DNA of 44,330 nucleotides from a virus (Duplodnaviria; Heunggongvirae; Uroviricota; Caudoviricetes): IMG/VR virus record IMGVR_UViG_2541047714_000011; one strand, 5' to 3'. Shown piece by piece: positions 38,280 to 44,330 of this stretch (position 1 is its first letter; each line of letters starts with the position of its first letter). The notes under the pieces were generated by a model. It saw only the letters and a program-made list of their open reading frames with translations, ran no database searches and was not told where the DNA came from. The position numbers and the translations under genes were made by a program.

Positions 38280-38745
38280 AATTGCCAATGAATACGCAAA
38301 ATTGATGGATTCAGATTTAGAACCAGAGATGATTGCTGACACAATAGAAGGCATGGAAGGAGAATTTGCCGATAAAATAGAGCAACTTCTTGCCATTATT
38401 AAAAATGAATCTGGTTATGCTGAACGCCTCAAGGAAGAGGCAAAGTCACTGAATGAGCGAGCCGCAGTAATTCAAAATAAGATTGACAGCATCAAATCAT
38501 ATATAGCGTTATCGCTTGAAATGGTTGGCAAGAAAAAGATTCGAGCAGGTATTCACCAGGTAACAATCCGCAAACCGTCAGAAATTGTAGAAATCATCGA
38601 CTCAAGCGCCATTCCTCCTGAATACGTTGAGTTTGAAACGACAATTAAAGCCGACAAACTGGCAATCAAACACCAACTAAAAGCAGGAATAAATATCCCC
38701 GGCGCTCAACTCAAAGTTGGGAAACCTTCACTTCTTATCAAATAA
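38263..38745 (+). CDS. Hypothetical protein, possibly Gp157-like (RecT-associated)
   Basis: GTG at 38263 with GGAGG 6 nt upstream; coiled-coil-rich 160 aa; the family assignment is from memory and weak. Confidence 0.45.
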   Translation: MSKLYEIANEYAKLMDSDLEPEMIADTIEGMEGEFADKIEQLLAIIKNESGYAERLKEEAKSLNERAAVIQNKIDSIKSYIALSLEMVGKKKIRAGIHQVTIRKPSEIVEIIDSSAIPPEYVEFETTIKADKLAIKHQLKAGINIPGAQLKVGKPSLLIK

Positions 38746-38756
38746 CGGTATCGACT

Positions 38757-39071
38757 ATGAAAAAGACTCCATGGGAGAAATGGGAAGTCGATTTCTTGCG
38801 CGAAGTAGCGGCGACAATGCCAGTTGAACTTATCGCTGAAAAACTGGAAAGGACTGAAAAAGCAGTAATGGCGAAAGCAACAAGGATTGGCGCTGACATT
38901 GTTAGCCGACTTCGTGGAAGACGATGGACAAGAGCCGAAGTATCACTTTTCGGTAAGTTCTCCGCAGAAGAAATAGCAATTGCAACCTGCCGCTCAATTT
39001 ATTCAGTAAGAGCTATGCGATACAAGCTAAAAAAACTCGATGAAGAAAGAGCAGGCATACAAATAAATTAA
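38757..39071 (+). CDS. Hypothetical protein (104 aa)
   Basis: Track ORF; basic; not recognised. Confidence 0.4.
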   Translation: MKKTPWEKWEVDFLREVAATMPVELIAEKLERTEKAVMAKATRIGADIVSRLRGRRWTRAEVSLFGKFSAEEIAIATCRSIYSVRAMRYKLKKLDEERAGIQIN

Positions 39072-39251
39072 CAAAGAGTAATTTACCATGAGAGGACTTG
39101 CATACAATCCCGGCATTCTTCCGGCAGAAATGATTATTCGCCAACGCGTAAAGCCAGTGCCATCGAGAGAGGGATTGCTTAAGAGAAATTCTTTTCCGTC
39201 AGTGAATGAAAACAAATATCTGAATGCGATGTGGCGCAAAGGAGGCAGCCA

Positions 39252-39896
39252 GTGACTAACCGTTTTTACATGATGTGCTCGCGTGAAACTGTGGGCAATA
39301 ACGCTTCATTCCATTGCCATAACGGCAATGGTTACAGTTCTGATATCGATCGCGCTCATGTTTACACGCTGGAAGAAGCCCAAAAAGCCTGGAATTGTGG
39401 GCGAGATATCGATCAGCCTGTTTGCGCTGATAGCGTGGATGCAATGGCAGTGTGGCATGTTGATTGCCAGTACATCCCTACAGAAAGCCTGATTGAGTCA
39501 GATTGCACTGCGTATGTGGCCTACAAAAAAGGTAGCTGGAACGGCAACGATGTTTACTGGCTTCAACACGGTGGATTGCCAACAGATGACTTCAGTAAAG
39601 CGACCATCTTTAGCGTCGCCAACAAAAACGAACCAGGAATAGTTTGGTTGCCATTTTCCATTGCTGATGCAGCAAAGCGCAGGACGTTCAATATCAATAA
39701 CTTTAACCGCAGAACAATGGTTCAGGGCGCAGGTTTGGTCATGCCTGACTGGTTGAAAGAGCAGAACAGAAGAAAGAAGTCGCGAAGCGGGAAGGTGCGT
39801 TGGAATTGTCCGCATTGCGGAAAAATCTCCTGGCAGTACAGCCCATATGATTTTGAAGGCTGTAGTGATTACAACTGTGAAGGATGGCGAGAATGA
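39252..39896 (+). CDS. Hypothetical Cys-rich protein (~214 aa)
   Basis: GTG at 39252 with GGAGG upstream; several Cys pairs including C-terminal CPHCG...CSDYNCEGW; not recognised. Confidence 0.4.
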   Translation: MTNRFYMMCSRETVGNNASFHCHNGNGYSSDIDRAHVYTLEEAQKAWNCGRDIDQPVCADSVDAMAVWHVDCQYIPTESLIESDCTAYVAYKKGSWNGNDVYWLQHGGLPTDDFSKATIFSVANKNEPGIVWLPFSIADAAKRRTFNINNFNRRTMVQGAGLVMPDWLKEQNRRKKSRSGKVRWNCPHCGKISWQYSPYDFEGCSDYNCEGWRE

Positions 39897-40441
39897 CAAT
39901 TGACTATCAGGCACTGCGTGATGCGGCAGTTGCAGTAGAAACAGAACCTATGCATCAAAATTTTGTGGCGTTTCGTATGGCGTTCACGCCATCGGTGGCA
40001 CTGGCACTACTGGATGAAATTAAGCGGCTGGAAGACACAAATATTGATGCTATGTGCCGTATTGCAGAGCTTGAGACTAATCTCGCGGCGCTGGTGGCAG
40101 AGAACGCCGGACTGAAACACGCAATGGCCGTAACTCTTGAGCATGTGTCGGTCACGGATGCAGGGCAGGCTGGTGTTGCTGCAATGATTATCAACGATGC
40201 CCTACACCACAGCGAAACTCCAGCTACCGATGCTTTCCTGTCTGAAGTGCGGGCGCAGGGGGTGGATGCTGCTATAGAAGCTGCAAAAAATCTGGTGGCC
40301 CAAGAATATGAGTATAAGGATTTCAAAGCGGCGCAGAGTGATTGCTGTATGCACCCTGGTTCAGACCTGGTAGGGAAGGTTGAAATGACTGAGTGGTTAG
40401 TTGACTTTGCTGCCCAGCTTCGCAAAGGAGGCAACCAGTGA
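39893..40441 (+). CDS. Ea22-like early protein (paralogue 1)
   Basis: ATG overlaps upstream stop (ATGA); N-terminal YQALRDAA...ALALLDE motif shared with the next gene. Confidence 0.5.
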   Translation: MTIDYQALRDAAVAVETEPMHQNFVAFRMAFTPSVALALLDEIKRLEDTNIDAMCRIAELETNLAALVAENAGLKHAMAVTLEHVSVTDAGQAGVAAMIINDALHHSETPATDAFLSEVRAQGVDAAIEAAKNLVAQEYEYKDFKAAQSDCCMHPGSDLVGKVEMTEWLVDFAAQLRKGGNQ

Positions 40442-41124
40442 GCGAAATTAATTACCAGGCACTGCGTGAGGCGGCGGAACGTGCAATTCCAGCAATGGAA
40501 CGCCTGTTAATGTTGCCAGCTGATGATGATTTGTTAAGTGAACAGGAACTTAAAGATTACGGTGTGGATATTGATGCGCTCAACGCCTTCAAATTTCTGA
40601 CCGGACCAGAAACCGTGCTGGCACTACTGGATGAACGGGAAAGAAACCAGCAATACATCAAACTCCGCGACCAGGAGAACGAGGATATTGCGCTTACTGT
40701 TGGGAGGCTGCGCGTTGAGCTAGAAGGCAAAGACAGCAAAATGGCCAATCTTACCGCCGAACGCGATGCTCTTCGTGAAGGTGAGATGGGCGACGCTAGG
40801 CATAGCAACACACGGGCCGCAGCTGATATCTACTTCCAACTGGTCGAGGAGTGCGAAATTCCTGCTGGCGGATCTCTGGTCGAGTACGTTGACGATATGC
40901 GCGAGAAGCTGGAAGCCGCAGAGAAGCGCATTGCAGAGTTAGAAAGTGGTTCTCAGGCACAAAAGTTAGTTGAAGCAATCATTGTTGCGATAGAAAACGA
41001 ACAGGAAAGGCTTTTTGATGAAGATTACCTAATGGATTCGAAAGAATGCATTGACGTAATTCGTGAAGAAGTAAAGCGATGGAATGATTCCCGTGCCGCT
41101 GGCATTCGCATCAAAGGAGAGTGA
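40438..41124 (+). CDS. Ea22-like early protein (paralogue 2)
   Basis: GTG start with AAGGAGG; YQALREAAER...LALLDERE; coiled-coil-rich. Confidence 0.5.
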   Translation: MSEINYQALREAAERAIPAMERLLMLPADDDLLSEQELKDYGVDIDALNAFKFLTGPETVLALLDERERNQQYIKLRDQENEDIALTVGRLRVELEGKDSKMANLTAERDALREGEMGDARHSNTRAAADIYFQLVEECEIPAGGSLVEYVDDMREKLEAAEKRIAELESGSQAQKLVEAIIVAIENEQERLFDEDYLMDSKECIDVIREEVKRWNDSRAAGIRIKGE

Positions 41125-41125
41125 T

Positions 41126-41389
41126 ATGGCAACTTTAACAAAAAAAGAACGGGCATGGTTGAACGAATTACAGGACGTTCTTGATCGCTGCCCATCACCG
41201 AAAAAAATTGGTTTTTACACCATTGGCGATAAAAGCATTTACCTGTATGACCTGCGCCGCATGGATGAAATCATGGAGGCTCTTGATAATCGTTCGTCGA
41301 TGGATTGGTGTGTTGCTGTCCATGATATGAATGCAGGGTTTGATGAAAAGATTTTGTTCCCCTCATCAGTTGAAAGCACTGCGGGTTAA
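41126..41389 (+). CDS. Hypothetical protein (87 aa)
   Basis: ATG at 41126 with AAGGAG upstream. Confidence 0.4.
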   Translation: MATLTKKERAWLNELQDVLDRCPSPKKIGFYTIGDKSIYLYDLRRMDEIMEALDNRSSMDWCVAVHDMNAGFDEKILFPSSVESTAG

Positions 41390-41399
41390 GGAGTAACAC

Positions 41400-41945
41400 A
41401 TGACCACTATTACCAAAGAACGTATTGAATTGTTCATTAAAAATCCGCTTGAAAACGGGCTTACTCGTGGCGAACAAATGGAACTGGCACGAATTGCACT
41501 GGCATCACTGGGAGCAGAACCTGTAAGCCAAACTTACAACTTGCCACAAACGCACTTTGAACAGGTTGCTGACCTTTACGAAATGCAATTTGATGACGGA
41601 CGCACTTGTGCCTTTCATACTGATGCGCAAAAGGCTGCGCAATGGCTTCGGGCATGCGACGGAAACAGGGTTCAGGAATACGTGAAACTGGAGCGACTGC
41701 AGAACGCGATATCGGGCAACTCTCCGGTAATTCCGGATGGCTGGATAAGCTGTAGTGAGCGAATGCCGGAAAAGAATAAGAACGTGCTTATTTCGGTGAA
41801 TTTCGATAGCTCTCTGGTTGAGCCGCTAATATGCTCCGCACGCTATACCGGAAGTACATTCCGGCGTGGAGATGTAACGGTTAAGCCAGGTAATGGTATT
41901 GAGCAAGCAACTCACTGGATGCCGCTACCAGAGCCTCCACTTTGA
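41400..41945 (+). CDS. Hypothetical protein with DUF551-like C-terminus
   Basis: 181 aa; C-terminal ...ATHWMPLPEPP typical of DUF551 as recalled. Confidence 0.5.
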   Translation: MTTITKERIELFIKNPLENGLTRGEQMELARIALASLGAEPVSQTYNLPQTHFEQVADLYEMQFDDGRTCAFHTDAQKAAQWLRACDGNRVQEYVKLERLQNAISGNSPVIPDGWISCSERMPEKNKNVLISVNFDSSLVEPLICSARYTGSTFRRGDVTVKPGNGIEQATHWMPLPEPPL

Positions 41946-42041
41946 AAGTGAAGCTTATACATATCTTTTACATCAGCAATCTATTGTTAATCTCTAATCA
42001 ATGTTACGTTGTCATCTCACTCATGCTTTGGAGGTAGTGAT

Positions 42042-42221
42042 ATGTCTTGTCCAAAATGCGGTTCTGGAAATATTGCAAAAGAAAAAACAATGCGTGGATG
42101 GTCTGGTGATTATGTGTGCTGCGATTGCGGATACAACGACTCTAAAGACGCATTTGGAGAGCGTGGTAAAAACGAGTTTGTTAAAATTAATAAAGAACGC
42201 GAAGGCAACGAAAAAAGCTAA
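42042..42221 (+). CDS. Small zinc-ribbon protein (59 aa)
   Basis: ATG at 42042 with GGAGG upstream; MSCPKCGSG...CCDCGYND two CxxC pairs. Confidence 0.4.
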   Translation: MSCPKCGSGNIAKEKTMRGWSGDYVCCDCGYNDSKDAFGERGKNEFVKINKEREGNEKS

Positions 42222-42286
42222 TTTATTTATTCATATATTAAAACAATGTAACCAATATTCGAATTGAAGAACTGAAAGAACACCAA

Positions 42287-42310
42287 GCCGCCTGATGGCG
42301 GTTTTTTATT
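42287..42310 (+). terminator. Intrinsic terminator ending the early-left operon
   Basis: gccgcc-tgat-ggcggt hairpin followed by tttttatt. Confidence 0.55.
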
Positions 42311-42317
42311 GCCTGAT

Positions 42318-42333
42318 TTGCAGGTTCGATTCC
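42318..42333. repeat. 16-bp copy of the argW T-arm (ttgcaggttcgattcc) upstream of torI
   Basis: Identical to 1054-1069 inside argW; distinct from the attR core. Confidence 0.6.
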
Positions 42334-42352
42334 CTATTCGGAGATAGCACTC

Positions 42353-42553
42353 ATGCAACACGAACTACAACCTGATTCACTGGTTGATTTGAAATTCATC
42401 ATGGCCGATACTGGCTTCGGTAAAACCTTCATCTACGACCGAATTAAGTCCGGAGACCTGCCTAAAGCCAAAGTTATCCACGGGCGAGCAAGATGGTTAT
42501 ATCGTGACCATTGTGAATTCAAAAATAAGCTCTTAAGCCGCGCCAATGGGTAA
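42353..42553 (+). CDS. torI: Excisionase / recombination directionality factor, TorI-like (AlpA family)
   Basis: 66 aa MQHELQPDSLVDLKFIMADTGFGKTFIYDRIKSGDLPKAKVIHGRARWLYRDH... as recalled for KplE1 TorI; next to attR. Confidence 0.8.
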   Translation: MQHELQPDSLVDLKFIMADTGFGKTFIYDRIKSGDLPKAKVIHGRARWLYRDHCEFKNKLLSRANG

Positions 42554-42568
42554 AATAGCGGGTAAAAT
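42548..42568. promoter_or_regulatory. Direct GGGTAAAAT repeats at attR overlapping the torI stop
   Basis: gggtaaaat at 42548-42556 and 42560-42568; same motif as at attL. Confidence 0.4.
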
Positions 42569-42626
42569 ATTTCTCACATCTAAAAAACATCATTCCAATC
42601 AATCCCCTGCCGCGTCAAGTAGATGT

Positions 42627-42641
42627 CTGCAGGGGACACCA
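42627..42641. repeat. attR core (copy of the argW 3' end)
   Basis: ctgcaggggacacca identical to 1069-1083. Confidence 0.7.
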
Positions 42642-43082
42642 GATACCCTTCTAACAATATCTACCTTCACCCCGTAAAAGATGGGTTTGGCAGCACACTT
42701 GCCCTATATCTACTCATTTTTACTGCAACAGGTTGAAATCTCAGCACTGTCAGAAAGCGCTGATGACTAAACAGCCCTGGGCCGGGCGATGTAACCATCA
42801 TACAGAATCCTGATAGCGAAATATGGCGTGACTCGATACTTCACTCTGCAATGCGTTCCTTGATGAATTCGCAGGCCCGTGATACACGGGACAAGTCGCT
42901 GAATGACGACAATGTCCTGGAAATCAGCGAACCGCGTATCCGGAGTACATTTGAGCGACTGTACCAGAACATGAATGAGGCGTTTGGATTAGGTGATTAT
43001 TAGTTGGGCTAAGCATTTTTGTATTATTATTTTCCGGTTGAGGGATATGGAGATATCGACAACAACCGGAAAAAGTTTACGT

Positions 43083-44330
43083 CTATATTGCTGAAGGTAC
43101 AGGCGTTTCCATAACTATTTGCTCGCGTTTTTTACTCAGGAAGAAAATGCCAAATAGCAACATCAGGCAGACAATACCCGAAATTGCGAAGAAAACTGTC
43201 TGGTAGCCTGCGTGGTCAAAGAGTATCCCAGTCGGCGTTGAAAGCAGCACAATCCCAAGCGAACTGGCAATTTGAAAACCAATCAGAAAGATCGTCGACG
43301 ACAGGCGCTTATCAAAGTTTGCCACGCTGTATTTGAAGACGGATATGACACAAAGTGGAACCTCAATGGCATGTAACAGCTTCACTAATGAAATAATCCA
43401 GGGGTTAACGAACAACGCGCAGGAAAGGATACGCAACGCCATAATCACAACACCGATAAGTAATGCATTTTTTGGCCCTACCCGATTCACAAAGAAAGGA
43501 ATAATCGCCATGCACAGCGCTTCGAGTACCACCTGGAATGAGTTGAGATAACCATACAGGCGCGTTCCTACATCGTGTGATTCGAATAAACCTGCATAAA
43601 AGACAGGAAAGAGTTGTTGATCAAAAATGTTATAGAAAGACCACGTCCCCACAATAAATATGACAAAAACCCAGAAGTTTCGATCCTTGAAAACTGCGAT
43701 AAAATCCTCTTTTTTTACCCCTCCCGCATCCGCCGCTACACACTGGTGACCCTTATCTTTAAAACGCATGTTGATCATCATAAATACAGCGCCAAATAGC
43801 GAGACCAGCCAGAAGTTGATATGGGGACTGATACTAAAAAATATGCCGGCAAAGAACGCGCCAATAGCATAGCCAAAAGATCCCCAGGCGCGCGCTGTTC
43901 CATATTCGAAATGAAAATTTCGCGCCATTTTTTCAGTGAAGCTGTCAAGCAAACCACATCCCGCCAGATACCCCAGGCCAAAAAAGAGCGCCCCCAGAAT
44001 TAGACCTACAGAAAAATTGCTTTGCAGTAACGGTTCATAAACGTAAATCATAAACGGTCCGGTCAAGACCAGAATGAAACTCATACACCAGATGAGCGGT
44101 TTCTTCAGACCGAGTTTATCCTGAACGATGCCGTAGAACATCATAAATAGAATGCTGGTAAACTGGTTGACCGAATAAAGTGTACCTAATTCCGTCCCTG
44201 TTAATCCTAGATGTCCTTTCAGCCAAATAGCGTATAACGACCACCACAGCGACCAGGAAATAAAAAAGAGAAATGAGTAACTGGATGCAAAACGATAGTA
44301 CGCATTTCTGAATGGAATATTCAGTGCCAT
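43083..44330 (-). CDS. cscB: Sucrose:H+ symporter, LacY-family MFS permease
   Basis: 415 aa; N-terminus MALNIPFRNAYYRFASSYSFLFFISWSLWW as recalled for CscB; 12-TM profile; start codon at the window edge. Confidence 0.8.
   Translation of the reverse strand: MALNIPFRNAYYRFASSYSFLFFISWSLWWSLYAIWLKGHLGLTGTELGTLYSVNQFTSILFMMFYGIVQDKLGLKKPLIWCMSFILVLTGPFMIYVYEPLLQSNFSVGLILGALFFGLGYLAGCGLLDSFTEKMARNFHFEYGTARAWGSFGYAIGAFFAGIFFSISPHINFWLVSLFGAVFMMINMRFKDKGHQCVAADAGGVKKEDFIAVFKDRNFWVFVIFIVGTWSFYNIFDQQLFPVFYAGLFESHDVGTRLYGYLNSFQVVLEALCMAIIPFFVNRVGPKNALLIGVVIMALRILSCALFVNPWIISLVKLLHAIEVPLCVISVFKYSVANFDKRLSSTIFLIGFQIASSLGIVLLSTPTGILFDHAGYQTVFFAISGIVCLMLLFGIFFLSKKREQIVMETPVPSAI

Larger units (their letters stand above)
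1069..42641. mobile_element. Integrated mosaic lambdoid prophage with P22-like morphogenesis genes, bounded by attL and attR
   Basis: 15-bp direct repeat ctgcaggggacacca at 1069-1083 and 42627-42641; integrase next to attL, TorI-like excisionase next to attR; full set of phage modules in between. Confidence 0.85.

Noticed and set aside
42001-42267. 88-aa track ORF overlapping the zinc-ribbon ORF
   Set aside because: The alternative frame 42042-42221 has a strong SD and a CxxC...CxxC zinc-ribbon signature
42318-42333. 16-bp argW T-arm copy first taken as the attR core
   Set aside because: torI lies to its right, and an exact copy of the argW 3' end at 42627-42641 better fits the prophage boundary; kept as a separate observation
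1-44330. CRISPR arrays, rRNA genes, insertion sequences with terminal inverted repeats
   Set aside because: No regularly spaced direct repeats, rRNA-like sequence or transposase ORF was seen on either strand

Overview
The window runs exactly from the start codon of a yfdC-like FNT-family membrane protein gene (1-933, +) to the start codon of a cscB-like sucrose permease gene (43083-44330, -). Between them are tRNA-Arg(CCU) argW (1009-1083) and a ~41.6 kb, apparently intact, mosaic lambdoid prophage inserted at the argW 3' end; the 15-bp direct repeat ctgcaggggacacca lies at 1069-1083 and 42627-42641. The prophage has a P22-like short-tailed morphogenesis block (TerS, TerL, portal, scaffold, coat, gp4, gp10, gp26, gp14, gp7, gp20, gp16 homologues, and a tailspike with a P22-type N-terminal domain), a P22-type immI region (mnt, arc, ant, with recognisable Omnt and Oarc operators), a lambda-type lysis cassette (S, R, Rz/Rz1), a phage-82/QuuD-type Q, nin-region genes, a lambda-O-like initiator with internal ori iterons plus a primase-helicase, lambda-like immunity (cII, cro, cI, N-like, nutL/nutR), an early-left operon (RecT, Ea22-like and others) and a KplE1/CPS-53-type IntS (attL side) and TorI (attR side) recombination module. 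Two tRNA-like genes sit between Q and S. I found no CRISPR array, rRNA or recognisable toxin cargo. I could not single out one undescribed system; the best candidates are accessory loci of unknown function: a three-gene module downstream of mnt in the sieA position, a small membrane gene between arc and ant, a membrane gene immediately downstream of cI, a membrane gene overlapping the tailspike stop, small-ORF clusters in the early-left and nin regions, and two free-standing HNH endonuclease genes. All protein identifications come from recognising the translated ORFs from memory, not from database searches; coordinates of non-coding features were hand-indexed and may be off by 1-2 nt.
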